Assembly: GCA_030141605.1 (NCBI GenBank)
Contig: JAQGDQ010000737.1
Location: forward strand, 1 to 64,000
Reading direction: 5' to 3'
Source of the DNA: Tubiluchus corallicola
Lineage: Eukaryota; Animalia; Priapulida
DNA: 64,000 nt
Below, piece after piece: positions 48,450 through 60,154 of this stretch. The first letter of the stretch is position 1, and each line of letters starts with the position of its first letter. A program made the position numbers and the translations under genes. The notes below the pieces were generated by a model. It was not told where the DNA came from. It worked only from the letters and a program-made list of their open reading frames with translations, and ran no database searches.

Positions 48450-49670
48450 GACTTTGCCCAGCACGTACTGATGTACATCGAAGTTGTACTTTGCCCAGCA
48501 CGCACTGATGTACATCGAAGTTGTACTTTGCCCAGCACGTACTGATGTACATCGAAGTTGGACTTTGCCCAGCACGTACTGATGTACATCGAAGTTGGAC
48601 TTTGCCTAGCACGCACTGATGTACATCGAAGTTGTACTTTGCCCAGCACGCACTGATGTACATCGAAGTTGGACTTTGCCCAGTACGTACTGATGTACAT
48701 CGAAGTTGGACTTTGCCCAGCACGTACTGATGTACATCGAAGTTGGACTTTGCCTAGCACGCACTGATGTACATCGAAGTTGTACTTTGCCCAGCACGCA
48801 CTGATGTACATCGAAGTTGGACTTTGCCCAGTACGTACTGATGTACATCGAAGTTGGACTTTTCCTAGCATGCACTGATGTACATCGAAGTTGGACTTTG
48901 CCTAGCACGCACTGATGTACATCGAAGTTGGACTTTGCCCAGCACGCACTGATGTACATCGAAGTTGTACTTTGCCCAGCACGTACTGATGTACATCGAA
49001 GTTGGACTTTGCCCAGCACGTACTGATGTACATCGAAGTTGGACTTTGCCTAGCACGCACTGATGTACGTCGAAGTTGTACTTTGCCCAGCACGCACTGA
49101 TGTACATCGAAGTTGGACTTTGCCCAGTACGTACTGATGTACATCGAAGTTGGACTTTGCCCAGCACGTACTGATGTACATCGAAGTTGGACTTTGTCTA
49201 GCACGCACTGATGTACATCGAAGTTGGACTTTGCCTAGCACGCACTGATGTACATCGAAGTTGTACTTTGCCTAGCACGTACTGATGTACATCGAAGTTG
49301 GACTTTGCCCAGCACGCACTGATGTACATCGAAGTTGGACTTTGCCCAGCACGTACTGATGTACATCGAAGTTGGACTTTGCCTAGCACGCACTGATGTA
49401 CATCGAAGTTGGACTTTGCCTAGCACGCACTGATGTACATCGAAGTTGTACTTTGCCTAGCACGCACTGATGTACATCGAAGTTGGACTTTGCCCAGTAC
49501 GTACTGATGTACATCGAAGTTGGACTTTGCCCAGCACGCACTGATGTACATCGAAGTTGGACTTTGCCCAGTACGTACTGATGTACATCGAAGTTGGACT
49601 TTGCCCAGTACGTACTGATGTACATCGAAGTTGGACTTTGCCCAGCACGTACTGATGTACATTGAAGTTG
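48450..49670 (+). repeat. 37-bp tandem array, about 33 copies, immediately 3' of ZNF341
   Basis: Unit GACTTTGCCCAGCACGTACTGATGTACATCGAAGTTG with internal palindrome GATGTACATC; no spacers. Confidence 0.97.
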
Positions 49671-49814
49671 CTGTTTTTATCAGCTAAATGTTCTTAGCTA
49701 AGGATTTTGTTTATTTACTGAACTTTACTAGTTTAAAGTGTGTTATTTTAATTCAATATGAAATCTATGAATATGAAATGTTTTTTTATCTTGCATTTTC
49801 CATTAGCTTATTAA

Positions 49815-50299
49815 CTCCTTCAGAACCATGAATGTCTGTTGCATTTTTTATGGGTTCACGAAAAGCTGCCCTCACTAAGCAGCGATTACATTATATTTGA
49901 TAATTCTTGTAGGTTTCTACTACTCGCATGATGAAATGACCTGAATTTGTCCTAGGCTGATCGGTTGGTTTTTCTTGCAACTCTGTACAACAGACAGTTC
50001 TCTTGGCTGTACCAAGCAGACGGCCAATAAAATAGTGTGTACGATCATGCAAGTGTACACCAGACTATACTACTTAATAGGCCAAATTACAGTGCCCAAA
50101 AATGGCATGCTTTTCTTAATTTTATCCAACTAAATCACTTGTAAACACTTAAACAAATAGCAGCATGATTGGATAGTCGAAATTCTCCTAAATAGAATAG
50201 TATCTAATTTGTAATCATTTAGTTATGTCTGTGCTCATACAGTAGCAGAAAAGTCATAGGTCTTATAAGACAATTTTGAATGGTGCGGTCCTGAAGGAG
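49815..50299. mobile_element. TTAA-flanked (piggyBac-like) MITE, complete copy
   Basis: TTAA|CTCCTTCAGAACC ... GGTCCTGAAGGAG|TTAA; partial copies at about 5460-5830 (inverted), 40320-40643 and 42485-42560. Confidence 0.8.
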
Positions 50300-51625
50300 T
50301 TAACATCATCATGAGTTTTTGATTCTTGTACTTGTTGTTGTAAATATTAGAATATTTAATTGATATGAATCTCATAAATCTTTTGTGTTTGCCTATCAAC
50401 ATTAAACTTGTTGTTTATTTATTTACTTTTACTGTCTCTTCGGAACTCATTAATAAATATATCAAAAAGAAATAGCCGAACAGGTCTCGCAACTTATAAC
50501 GTACAGCGTACATTAGCGCAAACTGCAGCAACATTTTACTTAAAGCACGTAAAAAACCTTTACTTCGCAAAGCTAAAGAATTGTCTTGAAATTTTGTCAC
50601 TTGCATGCTGTTTATTGTGCACAGAGCTTCATGTCTGGCACAGAGATTTAAAAAGTCCGGCAATGACCATTAGGCGCACCCATTTAGAGGGTAGTTAGTG
50701 CAGATAACATTGGGTATAGTTTGACTCACTGACTATGTAATTAGCTAAGATTTAGTTAGTTTGTTAGTTAATTGGCGGTTTTAACAATATGGCAAGTTTG
50801 TCGGTTTGACAGATTTAATAGCGGTGCAGTGATGAATGGGCATGTGAAGCATTTAGAGGAAGTCCTTGCAAGGCTCCTGTAGGCCTTTTTTGGGTATTTC
50901 TAAGCCTTTTAGAAGCTTTCCAACATTTTGCAATGTTTTTACCTGGATCATCTGGGTCTCCCTCCCTTGATGCGAAATACTACGGCTCGCAATTAGTTTC
51001 AAAGATACACTCTATTGCTTACATGTGTTTTTGGAGCCCAATTTCAGGCGGCATTACAAACCACTGTCATAGTAGTGTCTAGCTTTTCCTAGGTTCCGTT
51101 GTGTTTACTTGTCTTAGAATTTTGCCTGCCCAATATGTCTGCATTAGACGTAGTGGGCATTATGAAAATCTTCATAATTTCATAGACGTAATTGTAACCG
51201 TCCATTCACTAAATTTATAGACATTATCGTGATTATCCTGATGGACGTCATTTACTATTTCGACTAACATGTTGTACACCGTGGACGTAAGTTTAAGCGC
51301 CCATTTACTAAACTGATCAACTTACATCATCTGGACGCGATGGATGTACTTTTGAGCATTCATTCACTAAATTAAAGACCTATTTTGCAGTGGCGTACTA
51401 AGAGTTTGTGGCGCCCGGTGCGGCACTTGAGTTTGGCGCCCCTCGTGGAAATGTTCATTTAAGAAAATTTTAGTTTGTAAAATTCAGCAGTGTTATCTCC
51501 CAATTGCCGTAAGTTGCAGAGATAAATTGGTAGAAATAATAAAGTATTACTAAAAAGTGTGCGAATAAATAAATTTGTGTGCTAATCACAAAAAGTTGTG
51601 AGTTTGAAGATCATACATCTGCAGA

Positions 51626-51993
51626 CAGGACTTATTTCAGCCTAGGCGACGCCCGGGGAAGTGGGGCATGTGAGGCCCCATGGGGGGGCGCTACCATGGT
51701 TGGCGCCCAGAAAATTTTTGAACTGCTAGAATGCCGGAGAAGCATTTTCGAAGAGAAAATATAGAGTTATACAGTTGTTAAAGGAAAGAACAATTGAAAG
51801 AAAAACTGCTTTATTCTCAAGACCAGTCCTTAATAACCGTCAATACTGGCAAACGGCGTGTGTGCGGCAAGAGAAAGAGAGGAGGCAGTATGTTCGCATA
51901 AAGCAAAAAAAAATGTTACCTTGGTGCGAGGCCCCCCTGGAGGGTGAGGCCCCGGGGAAGTATCCCCACTTTCCCCCCTTGAAATAGGCCCTG
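51626..51993. mobile_element. hAT-type MITE
   Basis: CAGGACTTATTTCA ... TGAAATAGGCCCTG with 8-bp TSD TCTGCAGA/TATGCAGA. Confidence 0.75.
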
Positions 51994-52909
51994 TATGCAG
52001 AACAGCACACTTTTAAATTATCGGTTTTGAATAAAACAATACCAGAAGACATTAGCATGCAGTAAAACAGTGTCAAGTCTTCAGTTTTTGTGAATAAAAG
52101 CAAAGAGCGGTACAAATATTCGAGTCAATCAAGCAGTACTCTCGAATACTCAACTGAAAAATCTGTCTGTTGTATAAAGATTGTTGCAGAATGAGCCTTT
52201 TCACAGTTTGTGCACATGCACAGTTGCTGTAGGTGAATGGTTAAATGTACCATAGCAATGCGTCTTAACTACAACCATCATGTGACGTGTGAGTAAAGTA
52301 AAGCTGTCTGACACATCAGTTGTTTTACATGGACTAGACATAATTATGCATTAGTCTGCACATAGAGTGATGTATTATAGATCTATAGTTTACAAGAGTT
52401 GGATACTACTGATTGTTATTGTGTTCTTGCTGACTGGTTAGTGACTGTTTTATGTGTATGGATTAAGTCAGACAGAGAAGAAGAAGAAGCAGACATTTTA
52501 ATTAGGTGGTAATAACATTAATAAGATTTGCTAAACATTATACAATGCTTATCTCGTGTTACTGCTCCATGATTACGCCGCTCCAGACGCAGGTAGCACC
52601 ACCTATTAACTAAAAATACAAAGTAACAGTAACTGGACGTTCCAAGTTACTCCTGTAAGGTAAGTCACATCTTTAATGTCTACTTGGGTTCTTCATAATA
52701 ACACTATTTTAGTAAATAATAAGGACAGCTGATTACACTAAGCCAACAGCAACAGCGACTAGTCTACAACAATCACTTGTTTATTATAATCATGTTAATA
52801 ACTGTTTAACAGTTTAATATGATAAATGTTTTATGTGCATGGATTAAGGGAGACGGTCCAAGAAGAATAGGCAATTCATATCTATTAACAATGTATCATC
52901 AGATTATAA

Positions 52910-53470
52910 ACACATATCGTGTGGAGTGCCACAAGGCTCTAATTTAAGACCTCTTCTATTCTTAATTTTTATTAATGATCTTTCCACATGCAGCAACTTT
53001 CGTACCCGAATATTTGCCGATGACACTAATTTGTTCATGTCTGACTCCAATATAAATACTCTGCAAAACTCTGTTACTGAAGAAAACAGATCTGTGGATG
53101 AGGGTAAACCAGCTATCAATTAATTACAAAAAAAACAAATTCATGACAATCACCAACAAACAAATTAACGATGCTAATAATCCAAAATTTCATATCATAA
53201 TTAACAAACACAAATTTGAAGATACAGGCAACATTAAATACTTGGGCCTACTCATTGACAGCATTGAATATTTCACTAATGTTTCAGATTAACAATACCT
53301 ACTTCACACGAGCAGCTTCTAATGAACATTATTTTGTGGAGAGTTTTTTTACCCGACTTGGTTTCAATATCTTAAAATCACGAGGAGTGAAATTAAGGAA
53401 TTCATTGCTAAAAGATACCTTTGAAGGTAGCTTATTTTCTGCTTCCAAAAGATATACGAAAATCTTACTA
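52910..53470 (+). mobile_element. Decayed LINE RT fragment
   Basis: CGVPQGSNLRPLLFLIFINDL..IFADDTNLF..IKYLGLLID. Confidence 0.8.
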
Positions 53471-53694
53471 AATGGATATACAGTAGTCGGCACTTAATAG
53501 ACTCTGTTTGGGACCGACGTGTTTTGACCCAATTAACCGATTGAACTTATTAACCGATGGGTATAGTGTTACTGCTATAGAAGTATGAGTCATCACCTTA
53601 CTATGCACTGCAAAGGCTTTTAGTCAATTTTAGAAACGAAGTAATGCCTAAACAAATTGATGAAATTATAATTAGAAGGCTGAAAGTAACAAAG

Positions 53695-55723
53695 TGTAAT
53701 GAACAGCCCACCCCTCGGTTACAATGCACAATCCATGGTAACTTAGCGACGCCGACGCTCAGGCGGCTATATAAAGGGAAGGCCAGGCCATTGACCACAC
53801 ACATCCGAACACTTTCAAAGTGATAAAGAACTACAGCAACTAAAGATTCATCTAAACATGGAAAAGAAGCAGGATGAGAAGTAAGCTTTAACTTACTAGA
53901 TAAAGCTAGCTTTCAAAACTAGCTAGGATGTGTCAGGAATCTAGAACCTAGAAAAGAGTTCCAGAAATGAAAAGAGTTCCAGAAACACTAGGTTCTAGAA
54001 ACCAAAAGAGAAGCTAGAAAAGGGTTCCAGGATTAAAGCAGTTGCAGAGACAAAAAGAGTTCCAGAAAGTTTCTAGATTTAAAAGAGTTGCAGAAAGTTG
54101 CTGGAATGAAAAAAGTTGCAGAATTAAAAGAGTTGCAGAATTGAAAAGTGTTGCAGAATTAAAAGAGTTCCAGAATTAAAAGAGTTGCAGAATTAAAAGA
54201 GTTCCAGAATTAAAAGAGTTGCAGAATTAAAAGAGTTGCAGAATTGAAAAGAGTTGCAGAATTGAAAAGAGTTGCAGAATTAAAAGAGTTCCAGAATTGA
54301 AAAGAGTTGCAGAATTAAAAGAGTTCCAGAATGAAAAGAGTTGCAGAATTGAAAAGAGTTGTAGAATTAAAAGAGTTGCAGAATTGAAAAGAGTTCCAGA
54401 ATGAAAAGAGTTGCAGAAAGTTGCTGGAATGAAAAGAGTTGCAGAATTGAAAAGAGTTGCAGAATTAAAAGAGTTGCAGAATTGAAAAGAGTTCCAGAAT
54501 TGAAAAGAGTTGCAGAATTAAAAGAGTTGCAGAATTAAAAGAGTTGCAGAATTAAAAGAGTTCCAGAATTAAAAGAGTTCCAGAATTAAAAGAGTTGCAG
54601 AATTAAAAGAGTTCCAGAATTGAAAAGAGTTGCAGAATTAAAAGAGTTCCAGAATGAAAAGAGTTGCAGAATTGAAAAGAGTTCCAGAATGAAAAGAGTT
54701 GCAGAATTGAAAAGAGTTGCAGAAAGTTGCTGGAATGAAAAGAGTTGCAGAATTAAAAGAGTTGCAGAATTGAAAAGAGTTGCAGAATTAAAAGAGTTCC
54801 AGAATTAAAAGAGTTCCAGAATTAAAAGAGTTGCAGAATTAAAAGAGTTCCAGAATTGAAAAGAGTTGCAGAATTAAAAGAGTTCCAGAATGAAAAGAGT
54901 TGCAGAATTGAAAAGAGTTGTAGAATTAAAAGAGTTGCAGAATTGAAAAGAGTTCCAGAATGAAAAGAGTTGCAAAATTAAAAGAGTTGCAGAAAGTTGC
55001 TGGAATGAAAAGAGTTGCAGAATTAAAAGAGTTGCAGAATTAAAAGAGTTGCAGAATTAAAAGAGTTCCAGAATTGAAAAGAAATGCAGAATTAAAAGAG
55101 TTCCAGAATGAAAAGAGTTGCAGAATTGAAAAGAGTTCCAGAATTAAAAGAGTTGCAGAATTGAAAAGAGTTGCAGAAAATTCCTGGAATGAAAAAGTTC
55201 CACTTGAAAAAAGTTGCAGATCACAAGTCAGCTAGCTATTGATCCGGGGTTATTCAAGATCTTATACAAATGAGTGAAAGAAGAGACTGGATCATAGTTT
55301 TGCTCACTTTTAGTTAAATGTCGAACATAGTACATATACACAGGACTGGCATGAAAATTGCAACTGCTTAATCTTACTGAAACATGGACTCTAGCATTCT
55401 TTGCATGACCAATTGCAATTGCTATAGAAGATTTCTTTAACTAGAAACAAGAATAGTATTGATGATATTGTGGATTTCACCTAACTAAAATTAGCTGTAT
55501 TTTATAGCAAAGCCAATAGAATAAATTATTTTTAATCTTAGTTCACTTGTTGTTGCTTTTACTCAGTTTAAATTTGAATTACAAATAGCCTCAAGATATT
55601 GTCAAAGCTGAACCCAACATTTTTTTATGTAAAAATAAAGTAAAATAAAGTTAGTTGCAGAGGTCAATGATAGGTGGCACTAACCTAATATCATACCCTT
55701 AAGCCGAGCTGTGCCACACTACA
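53695..55723 (+). repeat. Putative 5' LTR (about 2.03 kb) containing a tandem array
   Basis: Begins TGTA, ends TACA three bases before the PBS; TATATAAA at about 53768; AATAAA at about 55634. The left boundary is inferred because no second LTR is available for comparison. Confidence 0.6.
53950..55220 (+). repeat. 17-18 bp tandem array (GAATT[G]AAAAGAGTT[G/C]CA) inside the LTR
   Basis: Direct reading; roughly 65-70 units. Confidence 0.95.
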
Positions 55724-55726
55724 TTT

Positions 55727-55744
55727 TGGGGGCTCGTCCGGGAT
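55727..55744 (+). promoter_or_regulatory. Primer-binding site complementary to the tRNA-Pro 3' end
   Basis: TGGGGGCTCGTCCGGGAT, the canonical 18-nt tRNA-Pro PBS, directly after the LTR-terminal CA. Confidence 0.9.
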
Positions 55745-55787
55745 TTTGAATTTTGTTTTGAGGCATTGTGATTCAAACTGAGTAAGA

Positions 55788-57242
55788 ATGGCAAGCTGTA
55801 ATAAAATTGGTAAAATGAAAGCTATATTATCTTACTTAAAATCCTTTCTGACTTCCACTCCTAAAAGTAGCACTGATACAATTGTGGGAGCACAAAATAC
55901 AGAGGTCCACACAGAAAATGCTATGCATAAGATGGAAACAGATGGAGCAGAACAAGATGGAAAGTTCAGCAAGAGAAGAGCAACACTGCAAAATATCCCA
56001 ACAGCACTGCAAAAAGAAGAAAGCTTGCAGCAGACTACATTACAGATAGCACCATCTGTAAAACCAAAAACAACTTTATCCAATCTCGGTACACCTAGTA
56101 CTGAAAGCAAGCAAAAACGTGCAAGACATGCAGGCTGGATTGAAGCACCACCTGTAGAAGTACATTCACCATGGTCAGAATGGTCAACAGAGGGAAATGC
56201 ATCAGAAGCTGGTGAAGAAGTAGAACCAAGATGGCCACATATAAGTTATGCAACACCAAATCAGCCTGAAGTTGGATGGACACCACTGCCCCATCTTACC
56301 AGACAGTCAACTCCAAATGCGACAGCACAAGCAAAAGGAGCATTCAAAATACGCAAAGAAAAGAAGCCTCCTACTTTTAAAACAGGCGATGGCTTGCAGT
56401 TCAGACAATTTATTGCAAAGTTTGAACTAGTTGCAAAACACAACAGTTGGCCAAGAACTGAATGGGTTACCCACCTACCCTTATGCTTGGAAGGGGATGC
56501 ACTTGAAGTTGCAATGGAAATGGATTTGGATTCTGGTGAAGTGACTTACATGTCACTCATCCAAGCACTGGGTAAACGTTTTGATCCAGCTGAACGCATG
56601 CTACAACATCGCAGTGAGCTGAGGCATCGAATGAGAAAAGTAAGTGAAACTCCGGAAGAATTTGGAGCTACAGTTCGACGTTTGTTTGGCTTAGCCTATC
56701 CTGGTTTGTCAAAAGAAGCTAGTGAAGCTTTACTAATTGATAAATACCTGGAAGGACTTGGTGACATAGAAGTCAGAAAGCATGCCAGCCTCCAGGAACC
56801 AAAAACGCTTGAGGATGCAATAACAAAAGTTGCACAATATGAGGCAGTGACTAAGGAGGCCGCCGAAGCTAGAAGCAAGAAGCCGCTACAACCGAGAATC
56901 AACCAAGTGAATTATACACACAAAGCATCATCAAGCAAAGAAATAACTTTGGAAGAAATTATGAAAGAGCTGAACAGTGTAAAATACCAGCTGCGTGAAC
57001 TCACTAATAATGAAAAACAAGAAAAGACGTTTAATGTTGAATCAAATATGCAAAAACAAAATGAGGTGAGAAATCAAAATGACTGGCGTGCGAAGGTTGA
57101 ATGTTACTACTGTCACAAGCCTGGACATGTGATGAGATTTTGCAGAGAAAGATTTCCCAAGATGACACAGTTTTCGATAGCTACATCTCGGGTATGGTCT
57201 TTCAGTGGGATAATTCTTGCACTGAAGCTTTCAATGCATTAA
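55788..57242 (+). CDS. gag: Retrotransposon Gag (capsid domain plus CCHC zinc knuckle)
   Basis: 484-codon ORF; KPPTF..FIAKFELVAKHNSW..LEGDALEV capsid-like region; CYYCHKPGHVMRFC knuckle. The last ~25 codons read into out-of-frame pol sequence. Confidence 0.88.
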   Translation: MASCNKIGKMKAILSYLKSFLTSTPKSSTDTIVGAQNTEVHTENAMHKMETDGAEQDGKFSKRRATLQNIPTALQKEESLQQTTLQIAPSVKPKTTLSNLGTPSTESKQKRARHAGWIEAPPVEVHSPWSEWSTEGNASEAGEEVEPRWPHISYATPNQPEVGWTPLPHLTRQSTPNATAQAKGAFKIRKEKKPPTFKTGDGLQFRQFIAKFELVAKHNSWPRTEWVTHLPLCLEGDALEVAMEMDLDSGEVTYMSLIQALGKRFDPAERMLQHRSELRHRMRKVSETPEEFGATVRRLFGLAYPGLSKEASEALLIDKYLEGLGDIEVRKHASLQEPKTLEDAITKVAQYEAVTKEAAEARSKKPLQPRINQVNYTHKASSSKEITLEEIMKELNSVKYQLRELTNNEKQEKTFNVESNMQKQNEVRNQNDWRAKVECYYCHKPGHVMRFCRERFPKMTQFSIATSRVWSFSGIILALKLSMH

Positions 57243-59261
57243 TTCATCACTTAACTAGAAGCCCAGTGTTGTCATACCCGGCAGCTGATGATCAATTCAT
57301 CTTGGATACTGATGCTTGTGACACTGGAATAGGTAGTATATTGTCGCAACTCCAAGAAGGAGAAGAAAAAGTCATAGGTTATGCTAGGCAAACTTTGAAT
57401 CAATCTCAAAAGAAATATTGTACAACCAAGAAAGAACTTCTGGCTGTAATTACATTTGTTCTTAGTGTTGAACATCGTAAAGGTAGCCAGCATGGAAATG
57501 CTGATGGGCTATCCCGACAGTTCCAGTCTGCATTGATAGTTGTAAAATGTCCACGTGTGGATTGTAATGATACCAGGCATAAAGTGTCAGAGAAAATTTG
57601 TAATGTTTCTAGGGGATTGTCTTCTCAGAATGTGACCGATCTGCTGCTAGCCAGTGGTGCGTTTAAGCAGCAGTGACGTGAAGCCAAAGAGTGTTGCTCT
57701 AAATGTTCACGAGGATGAACATAAAAGTTCTGAGAGTGACATAATTACGGCCCCATCACTGGAGTTGTCTGTTAAGATGGTGAAACCCAGAAGGGGGAGA
57801 TGAATCCTATTGGTGGACCAAGGGAAAGCATACCGCATGACTTGGATGCTGACAGTCCCTTTGATGAAAGAGCCTCCATAGGGCTAGTGCAAAGCCTTGC
57901 TGATTTACCATTAGACATCTCAAAATGGCGCCTAAAGGAATTAAAAGAGCAAGATGAAGCTATAGATTTCTTTAGGAGGCGAATTAGTGATGGAGAAACT
58001 AAACCTGATTTTCAAGAAATAGCAGACAAGAGTTCAGATTTTAGAACGTACTGGAACTTATGGGATGCCTTAGAAATATATGATGGACTGCTGTACAAAC
58101 GATCTGAGACTAGCATTACCCCTAGCTCTCCAACAAGGCAGTTGATTGTGCCATATGGATTGCGGCAGAAGATTTTTAATCATCTACATAATCCTAGAAC
58201 TGGTTCACATCAGGGTGTACACAGAAGTATAGCAAAATTGAAACAGCGCTTTTATTGGCCTGGATATCAAAATGATGTTAAAAGATGGTGTAGGTTTTGC
58301 TCTGCTTGTGCTCGAAGGAAGCCTGGAAAAGGTCCTAAGAGGGGTAACTTCAACAACAAATGCCTATAGGCCTATAGCAATTGATATACTTGGCCCATTG
58401 GAAGAAACTTCCAAGAAAAATAAAGTGATCATGGTTGTATGTGATTATTTTACTAAGTGGGTAGAAGCATATGCACTTCCTAACCACGAGGCATACACTG
58501 TGGCAGATACACTTGTAACAGAATTTATCTGTAGGTATGGCGTACCTTTGCAGATTCATACTGACCAAGGAACTGACTTTGAATCCAAGTTGTTTAAAGG
58601 TGTTTGTAAAGCTCTTGAAATTGAGAAAACTCGTACAACAGTTTACCAACCTCAGTCAGATGGCCTTGTTGGAAGGTTTAACAGAACCTTACAACAAATG
58701 TTAGCTATATTCGTAAATGAATATAGGGATGATTGGGACGATCATTTGCCATACGTCCTAATGGCTTATAGAGCCACAGCTCACGCATCTACGGGCTGCT
58801 CTCCTGACCTAATGATGTTTGGGAGGGAGAACAATATACCCTTAGATATTATGGTAGGGTCGCCTCCACAGCCAGAGAGGCCAACTCACTGTCCTCATGA
58901 ATATGTAGGATGGACCAAGGATGTGTTAAAAGAAGCACATGAGTTTGCCCGCAATTCTCTCCGCAAAGCACCAGAGAGACAGAAAAGAGATTATGATACC
59001 AATGTTAGGTCGATGCAGATTAAAGGGGGTGATTGGGCATGGTATTTTTATCCACCGGCACTCAGAAGAAAGTTAGGCCAAGGGTGGCAAGGTCCATATC
59101 TTGTTTTAACCAAGATTAATGGTGTTACATATAAAATTCAAAAAGATGCTAAATCAAATCCCAAAGTTGTTCATATAGACAATTTGAAGCCGTATTTTGG
59201 TGATAAAACACCTATGGATTGGACCATGTTAAACAATGTGCCCCAGACCATACAGAGTTAG
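57200..59261 (+). pseudogene. pol: Broken pol: RT-RNase H connection, truncated RNase H, integrase
   Basis: FQWDNSCTEAF..SPVLSYP..FILDTDACDTGIGSILSQ..KKELLAVITFV|LSVEHRKGSQHGNADGLSR, with the RNase H core deleted. Integrase HLH..GSHQG..CRFCSAC, IAIDILGP, HTDQG, GLVGRFNRTL (E to G), WQGPY. Frameshifts, including one near 58350. Confidence 0.88.
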
Positions 59262-59581
59262 AAGCAGAAGAAAATGTTTCATTTTTGGGAGAAGATTGTA
59301 TTTCAGGGAAGCTGCCATGCGAACCTGAAGAAGCTACAGTTTGTGATTCTGCTTCTGGCTTTGAAACAGAAACCCAGTTTCGCAGAGGTGCTAGAGTGGG
59401 GAAAACCACCTATTCGATTAGACTTATAAATCACTATGAAATCTGCCTTGGGCAAGGCGTTAAACTGCATCCATCTACACTAATGGGGAGACTGTTGCTC
59501 TGAAAATGGCTCTTCTGTTGGCATCAGAGTGCATAGAAACATTGGAAAACATAAATCTTTATGTTTTTTATTTTGTTTCAG

Positions 59582-60154
59582 ATGAATACACCCACCCATA
59601 CATCACGATTCAAATGTAACAAATGCACTTTTAAGGGTGGATCGTTGCAAGCAATGTCTCTACACTGGAAGCAATGTCAAGCTGGTCAGGCGATGCCCCA
59701 GAGCTGGCCGTTAATGGGAACAGCAGAATCGCAGAAGCAGTTGACGGAGGAAATATATAACATGTTGGTTAGTGTGCACCCAAGACCCATCCCCAAACCA
59801 CCAGTGGCAGACAAAAGCACATCTACCACTACTAATGTGGAATCTTCGGGTCATACTAAACCCACTGATGATTCCAACAGAGAGAAGTCGCCATGTAAAA
59901 ACAGAACTAAGAGAAAAAGGTCTTCCAAAGAGCGATTGGGTAAGGAAAGTTCCCCGATCAATGAGAAAAGAATAAAAGTGGGACAAGCTTCTTCTGATGT
60001 AGTGGAAACTGAAGTCCCCACCTAAACTCTTTTGGAAGAGAAGAAATCTATTAGTCCACTAGGAATGAGATGCACTAGACATCTTTCATCTACCTCTTGC
60101 AGTTCTAGCTCTAGTGATAGTGAGACCAGCAGCTCCTGTGATGATCGTGACTAG
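59582..60154 (+). CDS. Extra ORF of the Gypsy element: zinc-finger-like, basic NLS-like, Ser-rich tail (one in-frame stop at 60023-60025)
   Basis: ATG directly after a strong acceptor (TTTTATTTTGTTTCAG); FKCNKCTFKGGSLQAMSLHWKQC; KNRTKRKRSSKER; the frame stays open for 42 codons after the TAA. Confidence 0.55.

Larger units (their letters stand above)
53695..60154 (+). mobile_element. Ty3/Gypsy LTR retrotransposon, internally deleted, no matching 3' LTR seen
   Basis: 5' LTR, PBS, gag with CCHC knuckle, RNase H remnant, then integrase with HHCC and GPY motifs (Gypsy domain order). Confidence 0.9.

Noticed and set aside
48434-49662. Many minus-strand ORFs (MLGKVQLRCTSV...)
   Set aside because: Translation artefacts of the 37-bp array.
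48450-49670. 37-bp palindromic repeats resembling a CRISPR array
   Set aside because: Units are head-to-tail with no unique spacers, there are no cas genes, and the context is eukaryotic.
50629-50670. Minus-strand MVIAGLFKSL resembling the human RTTN start MVLAGLIRKL
   Set aside because: No phase-1 donor, a stop follows within four codons, and no second exon was found; probably chance.
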